This document shows positions 19,618-31,800 of a DNA stretch of 64,000 nucleotides, piece by piece. Within the stretch, counting starts at the first letter, position 1, and each line of letters opens with the position of its first letter. A model generated the notes under the pieces. The model was not told where the DNA came from. It saw nothing but the letters and a program-made list of their open reading frames with translations, and searched no databases. A program made the translations under genes and the position numbers. This stretch comes from an uncultured bacterium (GTDB lineage: Bacteria; Bacillota_I; Bacilli_A; RFN20; CAG-826), in assembly GCA_949299395.1 (NCBI GenBank), contig CASGAB010000002.1, positions 113,051 to 177,050 of the forward strand. Reading direction: 5' to 3'.

Positions 19618-19655
19618 GCAATTGCTATTAACTAATTTAGGAGGAAAAATAATTT

Positions 19656-20030
19656 ATGGCAAAATTAACAAATGAAGAAATTATCGCTGCTGTTAAAGAA
19701 ATGACAGTTGTTGAATTAAATGATTTAGTAAAAGCTATCGAAGAAGAATTCGGTGTTACAGCTGCTGCTCCAGTCGCTGCTGGTGCTGCTCCAGCTGAAG
19801 AAGATGAAAAGAAAGGACCAAGTGAAGTTTCATTAATCTTAAAATCAGCAGGTGCTAGTAAAGTTGCTGTTATTAAAGCAGTTCAAGCTATCACAGGCTT
19901 AGGCTTAATGGATGCTAAAAAATTAGTTGACGCAGCTCCAAGCCCAGTCAAAGAAAACATTTCACCAGTCGAAGCTGAAGAACACAAGAAAGCTTTAGTC
20001 GCTGCTGGTGCTGAAGTTGAAATTAAATAG
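19656..20030 (+). CDS. rplL: 50S ribosomal protein L7/L12.
   Basis: 124 aa, Ala-rich hinge, C-terminal domain. Confidence 0.9.
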   Translation: MAKLTNEEIIAAVKEMTVVELNDLVKAIEEEFGVTAAAPVAAGAAPAEEDEKKGPSEVSLILKSAGASKVAVIKAVQAITGLGLMDAKKLVDAAPSPVKENISPVEAEEHKKALVAAGAEVEIK

Positions 20031-20050
20031 TTTTAACTAAAGTTTATTTA

Positions 20051-20084
20051 ACCTGCTTCTATATTTTTTAGGGGCAGGTTTTTG
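20051..20084 (+). terminator. Terminator/attenuator after rplL (ACCTGC-N17-GCAGGT + TTTT).
   Basis: Seen in sequence. Confidence 0.5.
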
Positions 20085-20104
20085 CCTATTTAAAGGAATG
20101 CATA

Positions 20105-20698
20105 ATGAGCCATTATTTTATTGAAGATACAACTCTAGCGAAAGATCCAAAAACTATCGATTTTATCGTGAAAAATCACAAAATAATGGTTGTAAGTGAT
20201 AAAGGGACATTCTCTAAATACCGAGTTGATTTAGGAACAAGAATTTTTATTAATACACTCATTGCTTTACCAATAAATGGCGATATTCTGGATTTAGGTT
20301 GCGGGAATGGAATTATAGGAATTTCAATAAAAAAAGTCTTTGAAGATAACGTTAATGTTAGTTTTTTAGATATAAACCCATATTGTGTTGAACTTACTAA
20401 AAAAAGTTTAAAACTTAATAACCTTGATGGAGAAGTTTATCAAGGAGATGGGTTAAAAGATGTTGAAAAGAAATTTAATTTTATTCTTCTAAATTCCCCT
20501 ATATCTGCCGGAAAAGATGTTTGCTATCGTCTATATGATGAAGCAAATAAAAAACTTAATGACGATGGTAAATTACTTATTGTCATTAGGAAAGACAAAG
20601 GCGCTTTATCTCATAAAAAATATCTGGAAACGATATTTAAAAACGTTGAGTTATTAGAAAAAGAGAAAGGTTACTTTGTTATAGAATCATGGAATTAA
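20105..20698 (+). CDS. ybxB: Class I SAM-dependent methyltransferase, YbxB/RsmC-like small rRNA methyltransferase.
   Basis: DLGCGNGIIG SAM motif I; conserved position between rplL and rpoB. Confidence 0.7.
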   Translation: MSHYFIEDTTLAKDPKTIDFIVKNHKIMVVSDKGTFSKYRVDLGTRIFINTLIALPINGDILDLGCGNGIIGISIKKVFEDNVNVSFLDINPYCVELTKKSLKLNNLDGEVYQGDGLKDVEKKFNFILLNSPISAGKDVCYRLYDEANKKLNDDGKLLIVIRKDKGALSHKKYLETIFKNVELLEKEKGYFVIESWN

Positions 20699-20713
20699 GA
20701 AAAGGAGAAAGTA

Positions 20714-23700
20714 ATGAAATCATATAAAGATTATCCAAGACTTAATAATGATCGTATTAATTTTTCAAAAATTAGTGGTCATTTAGACTTACCTTATTTA
20801 TGTGAAATTCAAACTGATTCATATCGCTCTTTCTTAAAAGAGGGTATCGATGAAGTCTTCAGAGACGTTTTCCCAATCGTTTCAAATAACGAAAAAATGT
20901 CTTTAGAATATGTTGATTTTAGAATTGAAGAACCAAAATTTACTGCTCTTCAATGTAAAGAGAAAGATTTAACATATAGCGCTCCATTAACTGTAAATCT
21001 TGCATTAGTTGATCAAGAAAACAAAGGACAAGTTATTAAAAGCGACGTTTTCATGGGTGATATCCCTTTAATGACTGATAGTGGTACATTCATTGTTAAC
21101 GGTGCTGAAAGAGTCATTGTTTCTCAAATCGTCAGATCTCCAGGTGCATATTTATCAAAAACTATGGATCCAAAAAACGGTATTTATGTTTATAATGCTG
21201 ACCTTATTCCTGGTAGAGGAACATGGTTAGAATTTGAAAGTGATACTAAAGGTTTTTTATGGGTAAGAATTGATAGACAAAGAAAAATGCCTGCAACAAT
21301 TTTACTTAAGGCTTTAGGTTTCACAACTGAAAAAGATATCAATCGTTTATTTGGCGAAAGAGAAGTTTTATCAAAGACTTGGGAAAAAGATATTGTTAAA
21401 GCTGAAACAACATCAAAATCACTTGAAATTGCTGCTTTAACATACATTTTCACAAAATTAAAACCAGGCGAACCATTCACTGATGAAGGTGTTCATACCT
21501 TTATGATTCAAAAATTCTTTGATGAAAAAAGATATGATTTAGGTAGAGCTGGTAGATTTAAATATAAAAACAAGTTAGGAATCTATAACCGTTTAGTTAA
21601 TAGAATCCTTGCTGAAGATTTAATCGATGCTAATGGCGAAGTTAAATATAGTAAAAATACTCTTTTAACAAGAGAAATGGTTGAAGAACTTCAAAATGAA
21701 GAATTCTTTGAACAAGGTGCTCATCAACATGTTTTAAAAGTTAATGAGAAACTTGATACAAATAGTATTGTTAACATCGTCAAAGTTTATAACAACGAAA
21801 ACAAAGAATTAGTTTCAAACGTTATTGGTACTGATTTAAATTTAAAAGTTTCAAGAGTTACAATCTCTGATATTGTTGCTATTTTCTCATACTTCTTAAA
21901 TTTAATGGATGGTTTTGGTGGAGTTGATGATATCGACCATTTATCAAACAGAAGAATTAGATGTGTTGGTGAACTTATTCAAACTCAATTTAGAATTGGT
22001 TTAACCAAAATGGCTAAGAGTGTTACTCAAAAAATGTCTATTACTACTGGTGATAACTTAAAAGAAGTTACGCCAAAAAGTTTAGTTAATATTAGACCTT
22101 TAGCTTCTGCAATTAGAGAATTCTTTGCTTCTTCACAACTTTCTCAATTCATGGATCAAACAAATCCACTTGCTGAATTAGCAAATAAAAGAAGAATCTC
22201 TGCATTAGGTCCAGGTGGTATTACAAGAGATAGAGCTTCTATGGAAGTCCGTGACGTTCACTTTACTCACTATGGAAGAATTTGTCCTATTGAAACACCT
22301 GAAGGTCAAAACATCGGTTTAATTAATAACCTTTCAACATATGCAAAGGTTGATAAATACGGATTTATTGAAACTCCATATAGAAGAGTTGATAAAGAAA
22401 CCGGAAAAATCAGCGAAGAAACAGAATATTTTTCAGCTGCTGATGAAAATAACCACTATATCGCTCAAGCAACAAGAGAAGATATTAAAGACGGTTATTT
22501 AGTTGGAGATAGAGTTGTTGCAAGATATAATGGCCAAAACGTTTTAGTTGATAGACACGAAGTTGATTTCATTGATGAATCACCAATGCAAATCGTCTCT
22601 GTTGCTACAGCTTGTATTCCATTCCTTGAAAACGATGATAACCACAGAGCTTTAATGGGTGCTAACATGCAACGTCAAGCATTACCTCTTTTAAGACCTA
22701 ATGCACCATATATTGGTACAGGTTTAGAAAGTAAAATTGCTCATGACTGTGGTTTAGCGGTTGTTGCTGTTGATGATGGTGTTGTTACTTACAGCGATGC
22801 TAAAGAAATTAGAGTCATGGAAAAAGGTAATAACGAAAGAACCTATCATTTACAAAAATTTGAAAGAAGTAACCAAGGAACATGTATTAACCAAACATCA
22901 ATTGTTAAAGTTGGTCAAAAAGTTAAAAAAGGCGCTATTATCGCTGATGGTCCTTCAATGCAAAATGGTGATTTAGCATTAGGTCAAAACGTTACTATCG
23001 CATTCATGACTTGGGAAGGTTATAACTATGAAGATGCTGTCATTATGTCAGATCGTTTAGTTAAAGAAGACGTTTATACAACTATCCATATTGAACAATA
23101 TGAAGTTGAATGTCGTGAAACTAAAAACGGTAAAGAAATGATTACAGCTGATGTCCCTAACATCGGTGAAAAAGGTAAAGTTAACCTTGATGAAGACGGT
23201 ATTGTTATTGTTGGTACTGATGTTAAAGAAGGAGATATTTTAGTTGGTAAAGTTACTCCAAAAGGACAAAGCGAACCTACACCAGATCAAAAATTATTAG
23301 ATGCTATCTTTGGTGATAAATCAAAAGATGGTAAAGATACATCTCTTAGAGTTCCTCACGGAGGTGCTGGTACTGTTTTAGCAGTTAAAGTATTCTCAAG
23401 AGAAAATAAAGATGAACTTTCTCCAGGCGTTATTAAGAAAATCAGAGTTTATATCGTTCAAAAGAGAAAGATTTCTGAAGGTGATAAGATGTCAGGTAGA
23501 CACGGTAATAAAGGTGTTATTTCCTGTATCGTACCTCAAGAAGATATGCCGTTTATGGAAGATGGTACACCAGTTGATATTTTATTAAATCCTCAAGGTG
23601 TTCCTTCCCGTATGAACATCGGTCAAGTTCTTGAAGTCCATTTAGGTATGGCTTGTAAAAAACTTGGTGGTGTAAAAGTTGCAACTCCTGTCTTTGATGG

Positions 23701-24325
23701 AATTTCAAATGAAGAAATTATGCAAATGATGGAAGAAGCAAAATGTTCAAAAGATGGCAAATACACATTATATGATGGAAGAACTGGCGAAAAATTCGAT
23801 GATAGAATTAATGTCGGTGTCATGTATATGATTAAACTTGTCCACATGGTTGATGATAAGTTACATGCTCGTGCTACAGGACCTTACTCAATGGTTACAC
23901 AACAACCTTTAGGTGGTAAAGCACAAAACGGCGGACAAAGATTCGGTGAAATGGAAGTCTGGGCACTTGAAGCTTATGGTGCTGCTTATACATTACAAGA
24001 AATGATGACCATTAAATCTGATGATAGAGTTGGTAGAAGAAAAACTTATGAATCTATCATTAAAGGTAGACCTCTCCCAACACCATCTATCCCTGAAGCA
24101 TTCAAGGTTTTAACTAAAGAATTACAAGGTTTAGCTTTAAACGTTGAACTTAGAGATAAGAGTGGACAAATCATTGATATGGATAAGATTGCAAGAGATA
24201 CTCAAAAAGAAGAACAACAATCTTTAAGAAGTGTTAGAACCTTCGGTGAAGAAAATCGTGTTTCTTTCGATGATGATGAAGTTGATTTTGTAGTCGATGA
24301 CACTATCAATGAGTTAATTAACTAA
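20714..24325 (+). CDS. rpoB: DNA-directed RNA polymerase subunit beta.
   Basis: 1203 aa; universal RpoB motifs; aaaggag RBS. Confidence 0.95.
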   Translation: MKSYKDYPRLNNDRINFSKISGHLDLPYLCEIQTDSYRSFLKEGIDEVFRDVFPIVSNNEKMSLEYVDFRIEEPKFTALQCKEKDLTYSAPLTVNLALVDQENKGQVIKSDVFMGDIPLMTDSGTFIVNGAERVIVSQIVRSPGAYLSKTMDPKNGIYVYNADLIPGRGTWLEFESDTKGFLWVRIDRQRKMPATILLKALGFTTEKDINRLFGEREVLSKTWEKDIVKAETTSKSLEIAALTYIFTKLKPGEPFTDEGVHTFMIQKFFDEKRYDLGRAGRFKYKNKLGIYNRLVNRILAEDLIDANGEVKYSKNTLLTREMVEELQNEEFFEQGAHQHVLKVNEKLDTNSIVNIVKVYNNENKELVSNVIGTDLNLKVSRVTISDIVAIFSYFLNLMDGFGGVDDIDHLSNRRIRCVGELIQTQFRIGLTKMAKSVTQKMSITTGDNLKEVTPKSLVNIRPLASAIREFFASSQLSQFMDQTNPLAELANKRRISALGPGGITRDRASMEVRDVHFTHYGRICPIETPEGQNIGLINNLSTYAKVDKYGFIETPYRRVDKETGKISEETEYFSAADENNHYIAQATREDIKDGYLVGDRVVARYNGQNVLVDRHEVDFIDESPMQIVSVATACIPFLENDDNHRALMGANMQRQALPLLRPNAPYIGTGLESKIAHDCGLAVVAVDDGVVTYSDAKEIRVMEKGNNERTYHLQKFERSNQGTCINQTSIVKVGQKVKKGAIIADGPSMQNGDLALGQNVTIAFMTWEGYNYEDAVIMSDRLVKEDVYTTIHIEQYEVECRETKNGKEMITADVPNIGEKGKVNLDEDGIVIVGTDVKEGDILVGKVTPKGQSEPTPDQKLLDAIFGDKSKDGKDTSLRVPHGGAGTVLAVKVFSRENKDELSPGVIKKIRVYIVQKRKISEGDKMSGRHGNKGVISCIVPQEDMPFMEDGTPVDILLNPQGVPSRMNIGQVLEVHLGMACKKLGGVKVATPVFDGISNEEIMQMMEEAKCSKDGKYTLYDGRTGEKFDDRINVGVMYMIKLVHMVDDKLHARATGPYSMVTQQPLGGKAQNGGQRFGEMEVWALEAYGAAYTLQEMMTIKSDDRVGRRKTYESIIKGRPLPTPSIPEAFKVLTKELQGLALNVELRDKSGQIIDMDKIARDTQKEEQQSLRSVRTFGEENRVSFDDDEVDFVVDDTINELIN

Positions 24326-24340
24326 TAAGGAGGAAAGATT

Positions 24341-27300
24341 ATGTTTGATGTAAATAATTTAGCTTCAATTAAAGTCGGACTTGCTTCCCCAGATAAAATT
24401 AGACAAGCTTCACATGGTGAAGTTACAAAACCAGAAACAATTAACTATCGTTCTCAAAAGCCAGAAATGGATGGTTTATTCTGTGAAAAAATCTTTGGAC
24501 CTAGTAAAGATTTTGAATGTCACTGTGGTAAATATAAAAAGAGTAGATACGCTGGTGTTGTTTGCGAAAAATGTGGTGTCGAAGTTATTTCGAAAGAAGT
24601 TAGAAGAGAAAGAGTTGGACATATCGAACTTTCTTCTCCTTGTTCCCACATTTGGTATTTAAAAGGTATTCCTTCAAGAATGGCTCTTGTCTTAGACATG
24701 TCACCAAAAGAACTTGAAGAAATCGTTTATTATAGTGCTCACGTTTGTTTAAATGCTGGAAATTCAAAAACATTACTCTACAAGCAATTTTTAGATGATG
24801 CAAAAGGTAGAGAAGCATTTACAGCAACTATTAAAGAAATTTTAGAAACATTAGAACCAGGAACTTATGATTATTCTAAAGCTAGCGATTTACTCGAAGG
24901 CTTAGAAAGATTAAGAGATCCATTCGATTTCTATTCTAATGCTGAATTTATTTCTGAAAAATTAGGCGTTGAATTCGGCGAAGGTGCTGAAGCAGTTAAA
25001 CGCTTACTTAAAGAAGTTAATCTTCAAGACGAATTTAATAGAGTCAACGAAGAAATTAGAAAAGCTTCTGGTCAAAAATTAACAAAATTAACAAAAAGAT
25101 TAGAAGTTTTAGATGCATTCATTAAATCTGAAAATAAACCAGAATGGATGGTTTTAGATGCTATTCCAGTTATTCCACCAGATTTAAGACCAATGCTTCA
25201 ACTTGATGGCGGCAGATTTGCTACCTCAGATTTAAACGATTTATATCGTAGAATTATTACTCGTAACAATCGTTTAAAGAAATTACAAGAAATGAACGCC
25301 CCAACCGTTATCTTAGTTAACGAAAAGAGAATGCTTCAAGAAGCAGTCGACGCATTAATTGATAATGGTAGAAGAAATGGTAAACCAGTTACGGGTCAAA
25401 ACGGCAGACCTTATAAATCACTTTCAGGTGCATTAAAAGGTAAGCAAGGTAGATTTAGACAAAACTTACTTGGTAAGAGAGTTGACTATTCTGGCCGTTC
25501 CGTTATTGCAATTGGACCAAAATTAAAAATGTATCAATGTGGTCTCCCAAGAGAAATGGCAATTAATCTTTTAAGACCATTTATTGCAGCAATTTTAATT
25601 AAAGAAGGTAAATGTTCATTACATAGACAAGCTGATCGTAAGATTAACGATAAAGATAACGATGTTTATGATATTGTTGAAAGAATCATTTCTTACCACC
25701 CTGTCTTACTTAACCGTGCTCCTACACTTCACCGTTTAGGTATTCAAGCTTTCCAACCAATTTTAGTTGAAGGAAGAGCTATCAGATTACATCCGCTTGT
25801 TTGTACTGGATTCAACGCTGACTTCGATGGTGACCAAATGGCTGTTCACGTTCCACTTGGAAAAGCTGCTCAAGAAGAAGCTGTTGATTTAATGCTTGCT
25901 TCAAATAACATTCTTGCTCCAAAAGATGGAAAACCAATCGTTACTCCATCTCAAGATATCTTAATTGGTAACTATTATTTAACAATGGAAGCTGATGCTA
26001 ATGATTTCGAAAGAAAAGCTAAAAAGTACGAAGATAATGGCGATATCGAAGAAGCAGAAAGATATAGAGGCTTCATCAATATGGAAGGCAAAGTCTTTAA
26101 AGATATTGATGAATGTATTAAATGTTATGAACTTGGTAAAATCCACCTTCATAATAGAATCGCTCTTCCAGGAAAAGCATTAAGAAAGACAATCTTTACT
26201 CCTGAACAAAATAATTCATATGTTATTACAACAGTTGGTAAAGTTATCTTTAACCTTATCTTCCCTTCAGATTTCCCATACATTAACTCAAAAGATTCAA
26301 GAAATTTAAAAGAAACATTACCTGAATTCTTTGTTAAGAAAGGAACTGATATTAAAGAAGTTATTAAAAATACTCCTGTTAGAGAAGCTATTGAAAAGAA
26401 ATATATTACTTCAATTATTGATGAAGTTTATGCTAAATATGGAACAACAAAAACTTCAGCAATTCTTGATAAAATCAAAGACTATGGTTATAAATATTCA
26501 ACAATTTCAGGCTTAACAGTCGCAATTAGTGATATTTATGTCATGCCAAATAAATCAGAACTCATCAAAAGAGGTGATGAAGAAGTCGCTAAGATTGAAA
26601 ATATGTATGAAAGAGGCTTCTTAACAAACGAAGAAAGACACTCTCTTGTTATTAAGTTATGGACTAAGATTAACGATGAAGTCGGTAACGATGTTGAAAA
26701 AGTCTTAAAGAGTGATACAAGAAACCCACTTTATATCATGTGGCATTCTGGAGCTAGAGGTAGTAAATCTAACTATACTCAACTTATGGGTATGAGAGGA
26801 CTTATGTCATCTACATCAGGTGATACTATCGAAATTCCAGTTAAATCATGCTTTAGAGAAGGCTTAAACGTTGCTGAATTCTTTACCGGTACCCACGGTG
26901 CTCGTAAAGGTGGTGCTGATACCGCTCTTAAAACTGCTGACTCAGGTTATTTAACAAGAAGACTTGTTGACGTTTCTCAAGACGTTATCGTTAGAGAAGA
27001 AGATTGTCATTCAGATCATGGTACAATCGTTAGCGATATTATCGATACAGCTCAAGACACAGTCATTGTTAAGTTATACGATAGACTTGTTGGTAGATTT
27101 AGCTGTCACGATATTTATCATCCAGAAACTGGCGAACTTATTATTGGTGCAGATAAACTTATTGAAGAAGATGTTGCTCAAAAAATTGTTGATGCAGGTA
27201 TTCAAAAAGTTGAAATTAGATCATTATTTGGTTGTGAAACTAAAGATGGTGTCTGTGTCCACTGTTATGGTAGAAACTTAGCTACTGGTAAGCTTGTTGA

Positions 27301-28267
27301 AATTGGTGAAGCTGTTGGTATTATGGCTGCACAATCAATTGGTGAACCAGGTACTCAATTAACCATGAGAACATTCCACACTGGTGGTGTTGCTACTACT
27401 GAAGATATTACTCAAGGTCTCCCTAGAGTCCAAGAATTATTCGAAGCTAGAACTCCAAAAGGTGAAGCTACTATTTCTGAAATTAGTGGTAAAGTCACTG
27501 ATATTAAAGAAAATAATGGTATTTACACTGTTAGAGTTGAAAATGACCTTGAATTTAAAGAATATACAACAACATTCGGTGCTCGTTTAAGGGTTAGAAA
27601 AGGTGATGAAGTTAAAAATGGCGGTAAGATTACTGAAGGTGCTATTTCACCTAAAAAATTACTTGAATGTGCTGATGTTGGTAGTGTCGAACGTTATATT
27701 ATTAAAGAAATTCAAAAAGTTTATCGTTCCCAAGGTATTGGAATTAGTGATAAGCATATTGAAGTTATCGTTAGACAAATGTTAAGAAAAGTTGTCGTTG
27801 TTGATGGCGGCGAAACTTCACTTATCTCTGGAACAAGAGTTTCACTTGCTGAATTTACAGAGAAAAATAGAGACGCATTATTAAATGGAAAACGTCCTGC
27901 ATTCTGTAAACCATTGGTTTTAGGTATTACTAAAGCTGCTCTTGAAACTGAATCATTCCTCTCAGCTGCATCATTCCAAGAAACTACAAGAGTTTTAACA
28001 GATGCTGCAATTAAAGGAAAAATCGATAATTTACATGGTTTAAAAGAAAATGTTATTACCGGTAAACTTATTCCAGCAGGAAGAGGACTCAACTCTATCG
28101 AAAACGAAAAAGAAATTTTATCAACATTCGATGTCATGGATGCAATGCAAAAAGTTAAAGATCAATATATTGGAGTTCACGATAAAAATTCCGATATTGA
28201 AACAAGAGATCAAGAACTCGATAACATTGAATCATTAGTCACTCAAAATTTATTAATGAATAAATAA
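24341..28267 (+). CDS. rpoC: DNA-directed RNA polymerase subunit beta' (about 110 aa longer than Bacillus RpoC; lineage-specific insertion).
   Basis: 1308 aa; NADFDGD catalytic motif, zinc-binding Cys clusters; aaggagg RBS. Confidence 0.95.
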   Translation: MFDVNNLASIKVGLASPDKIRQASHGEVTKPETINYRSQKPEMDGLFCEKIFGPSKDFECHCGKYKKSRYAGVVCEKCGVEVISKEVRRERVGHIELSSPCSHIWYLKGIPSRMALVLDMSPKELEEIVYYSAHVCLNAGNSKTLLYKQFLDDAKGREAFTATIKEILETLEPGTYDYSKASDLLEGLERLRDPFDFYSNAEFISEKLGVEFGEGAEAVKRLLKEVNLQDEFNRVNEEIRKASGQKLTKLTKRLEVLDAFIKSENKPEWMVLDAIPVIPPDLRPMLQLDGGRFATSDLNDLYRRIITRNNRLKKLQEMNAPTVILVNEKRMLQEAVDALIDNGRRNGKPVTGQNGRPYKSLSGALKGKQGRFRQNLLGKRVDYSGRSVIAIGPKLKMYQCGLPREMAINLLRPFIAAILIKEGKCSLHRQADRKINDKDNDVYDIVERIISYHPVLLNRAPTLHRLGIQAFQPILVEGRAIRLHPLVCTGFNADFDGDQMAVHVPLGKAAQEEAVDLMLASNNILAPKDGKPIVTPSQDILIGNYYLTMEADANDFERKAKKYEDNGDIEEAERYRGFINMEGKVFKDIDECIKCYELGKIHLHNRIALPGKALRKTIFTPEQNNSYVITTVGKVIFNLIFPSDFPYINSKDSRNLKETLPEFFVKKGTDIKEVIKNTPVREAIEKKYITSIIDEVYAKYGTTKTSAILDKIKDYGYKYSTISGLTVAISDIYVMPNKSELIKRGDEEVAKIENMYERGFLTNEERHSLVIKLWTKINDEVGNDVEKVLKSDTRNPLYIMWHSGARGSKSNYTQLMGMRGLMSSTSGDTIEIPVKSCFREGLNVAEFFTGTHGARKGGADTALKTADSGYLTRRLVDVSQDVIVREEDCHSDHGTIVSDIIDTAQDTVIVKLYDRLVGRFSCHDIYHPETGELIIGADKLIEEDVAQKIVDAGIQKVEIRSLFGCETKDGVCVHCYGRNLATGKLVEIGEAVGIMAAQSIGEPGTQLTMRTFHTGGVATTEDITQGLPRVQELFEARTPKGEATISEISGKVTDIKENNGIYTVRVENDLEFKEYTTTFGARLRVRKGDEVKNGGKITEGAISPKKLLECADVGSVERYIIKEIQKVYRSQGIGISDKHIEVIVRQMLRKVVVVDGGETSLISGTRVSLAEFTEKNRDALLNGKRPAFCKPLVLGITKAALETESFLSAASFQETTRVLTDAAIKGKIDNLHGLKENVITGKLIPAGRGLNSIENEKEILSTFDVMDAMQKVKDQYIGVHDKNSDIETRDQELDNIESLVTQNLLMNK

Positions 28268-28268
28268 T

Positions 28269-28295
28269 AAAAAGAGGCTCCGGCCTCTTTTTTTA
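28269..28295. terminator. Bidirectional rho-independent terminator (GAGGC-tccg-GCCTC) between rpoC and the convergent gene.
   Basis: Seen in sequence. Confidence 0.7.
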
Positions 28296-28763
28296 TGTAT
28301 ACAAGTAGTAATTTGATTTTAAATATAAAGCATTTTTTAAATTATCAAAGTTAGAATCAATATAATAAATGTGTTCTAATGTTCGATCTTTTTGATCAAC
28401 AATTAGTTTTCCTTCATAAACTTTTATAAAAATATTTTCATAAGTTTTCTTAATTAGAGGTAAGTAGAAGTTCAAATTTTTTAAAAATATATCATCATAA
28501 AGTTTATTTGAAATAACTTTAAAAACTTTTAAATTAAAACTTCTTATAATGTCTTCTTCGTTTTTACACTTTTCTTTTATATTGGTAAATAAATATGTAA
28601 ATGCATTTTCAATCAAAGAATCTCGATTTAATTTCTTTTTATAATAATAAGACGTAGAAATTTTTAAATATTTGCAGATAGTTTCTTTATTTAAAATTGT
28701 TAAATCTTTACTAAAAAATAAATCAAAAATTTTAATATATAGTTTTTCTTCACTTATTGACAT
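28293..28763 (-). CDS. Small regulator, possibly TetR/AcrR-like (N-terminal HTH ICKYLKISTSYYYKKKLNRDSL).
   Basis: 156 aa; the pattern resembles the TetR HTH consensus (IAxxxGxSxGxLYxxFxxKExL). Divergent from the protease gene. Confidence 0.35.
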   Translation of the reverse strand: MSISEEKLYIKIFDLFFSKDLTILNKETICKYLKISTSYYYKKKLNRDSLIENAFTYLFTNIKEKCKNEEDIIRSFNLKVFKVISNKLYDDIFLKNLNFYLPLIKKTYENIFIKVYEGKLIVDQKDRTLEHIYYIDSNFDNLKNALYLKSNYYLYT

Positions 28764-28854
28764 CTTTTAAAATTATATACCTAAAAACAATAGACACCAT
28801 AATAAGGTTAAATCACTTTTATGGATTTATAAACATTGTTATAATATCTAACAT

Positions 28855-31800
28855 ATGAAAAAGAATGGATTATTAGTCTTTTTTGCTTCAGTTTTTGCTT
28901 TATCATTTTGTTTATATATTAAAAATGATATTGGAAATAAAAAAGATTTGGATACAAACGTAATTGTAAGACTTAAAGATAGTGATGTTTATTCAAAAGA
29001 AGAGATGTCACGCGCTTTTTATAATGAATTAGTTTCAATAGTTTCATTTAATTATCGAAATGTCGAATCGATCGATGAAGTTTTAAATTTTAAAGTTTTA
29101 AAAGTAAATAGTGAAGATATTAATAAGATAAATAATATGTCGACTGTTGAATATGCTTATGAAGAAATCGAATATTATTTCGATCCAAGCGATCCAACTT
29201 ATGATTATTTTGGTTATAACGAAGTCCTTGATACCAATTATAGTGAAATCGAAATGAATATTGGTGAAGATATTAAAGATGGCGAAAATACGATAGTTGC
29301 TGTTATTGATAGCTGTTTAAACTATAATCATGAGGCTTTCCAAAATATTAATACTTCGACAATGCGTTATACAAAAGAAGATATTGATTCAAAGGCTGCT
29401 TCTAATGGATTTAATGCTAAAAATTATCTCCGAATTAACGATAAAATTCCTTTTTCATATGATTATTGTAATGATGATAATGATGTTTTAGCTAGAGATA
29501 CTCATGGTAGCCACGTTTCATCTTTAGCAGTAGGAAACGGACGATATAAAGGTGTGGCTAATGAAGCTCAACTCGCTTTTATGAAAGTCTTTACTGATAA
29601 TGGTGGAGGCTGTACTTCTGCAGTTTATTTAAAAGCTCTTGAAGATGCATATTTACTCGATGTTGATGCAGTAAATATGTCTTTTGGTAACTCTTTAACA
29701 TATGGAAAAACTACAACTGATTTAGCAGTTGAAGATGTTTTAAATAAATTAAGAGAAAACGGAACAAATGTTTTTATTTCCGCTGGTAATGATGGAAGAG
29801 AACAATTTAGAGGTTCTACATATGAATATTCAACAACATCTGCTTATGAAAGTGGAATGCTTGGTTCTATCGCGTTAAATGAAGATTCAATTACTGTTGC
29901 TAATGCTACTTTAAGTGATGATCAAAGTAATGTTCATGCTTTAGTTGATAAAAAAAGACCAATCGAACTTTTTGATAGAGCAGTTGATCATACTGGTCAA
30001 AGCGAAGGATCTGATGAATGGAGAATCACCGATTTTCCAACTGAATATCGTTTTTCCGATTTAATCGATGAAGGTAATTATGAATACGTAATGATTCCTA
30101 ATAAAGGAAAAGATGAAGATTATGCTGGTTTAGATGTAAAAAATAAAATAGCAGTAGTTGAAAGAGGAGAACTCAATTTTACAGTTAAAATTTATAACGC
30201 TATTAAAAATGGAGCTAGCGGCTTAATTATTTATAACCAAAAAAGTGATACAGAAATTCCATTTTTCTCATTTGCAATCGATGATGCTGCACTAGAACAA
30301 TGTCCTGATATTCCTACAACCGTAGATCAATATGGCGAAACAATTTTTGATCTTTCTTATGTAAATATTCCTATTGCAGTTGCTTCTTATGAAGCAGGAA
30401 AAAGATTAAATGAAGCTGAAAATAAAGTTTTAAGTTTTTATAGCGAAGAACTTTCATTATCTTCATCAATGGGTGCAACTGCAGATTTAAGACTTAAACC
30501 TGATTTATCTGCTCCAGGTGAAAATATTTATGGTGCATGGAGTTACTATAGACCAAATAATAAACCAAATAGTGGAAATTATTATTTAGATGATGCTTAT
30601 ACCTATATGAGTGGTACATCTATGGCTTCTCCAAATTTAATGGGTGCTTATGTTTCTTTATTATCAACATATGGAATAGATTCAGATTATTCTAGAGAAA
30701 CAGCTGCTAAATTACTTAGAAATAAGATGTATTCCAATACAACAATTTTAGAAGATGAAGATGGCGTTCCTATTACTCCAAGAAAACAAGGAAATGGTTT
30801 AGTAAATATTGATTCAACCTATAATTCTAGTGCTTATCTTTTATTTAATGATGATAATCAAATGGAACTTGGAAATGATTCAATGATTCAAAATGGAGTT
30901 ATTTCTGGTGATATTCATTTATTTGAAGAAAGTGCATCAAATAATTATGAAGTTAGTATAAAAATAATGGCTCCAAAAATTATTGAAGAAGATTATTTAG
31001 GAAAGACAGTAAAACTTGTTGGAACTAAAGATGTTTTACTTGAAGAGAAGATCCTTAACAATAATTTCCAAACTAAATTTGGTGATAACATTTTTACAAT
31101 TGATGAAGTTATTTCTAGTTCAACTAGAGAATATCTTTCTCAATTTGAAAACGGAACATATTTAGAAGGTTATATTACATTTAAGAGTGAAAATAACACC
31201 TTAAATATGCCTTTTTTAGGATATTATGGTGAATATTATGGTGTTAGACCTTATGAACCATTCTCTTTTGAAAAAGATCCAAATAAACTTTATGAATCTG
31301 ATTTAATGGATGATTATTTAAGAGAAAATCTTAATCAAAGTAATGCTTATACCGGTTCATATTTTATGATTGGTGATAACGAAATTTATTATAAGAGAAA
31401 CATTTTATCTTCTTCATATTCATTTATTAAACAATACAATGAAATGGAAGCGGTTTATGATGAATATGACGATATTTATCATATTTATACCGGTGAAGAT
31501 TATAGTCGACATAGAGGAATTATTGTTCAACTTTATATGTTACGAACAATAAAATCTAACCGCGTAACAATGTATGATAAAAACGGTAGTATGCTTGAAG
31601 AGTTCTATCTTAAAGATAATTTATTTGATACATCTTTAACTCATGAACTCTATAGAAACTACATTTTAATTCAAGATACTCGTTTAACAGGAAGAGATTA
31701 TTATACTCATAGAAGTTATTTATATATTCCGCTTGTAGAAAACGATAGCTTAGGTATTTTTAAATATCAAAACGGTGAATATACTCTCGAATTTGAATTT

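Noticed and set aside
24381-28238. Many 60-140-aa ORFs inside rpoC on both strands (24381..24662, 26964..27281, 27721..28137 and others)
   Set aside because: They overlap rpoC and are K/L-rich low-complexity translations of AT-rich alternative frames.
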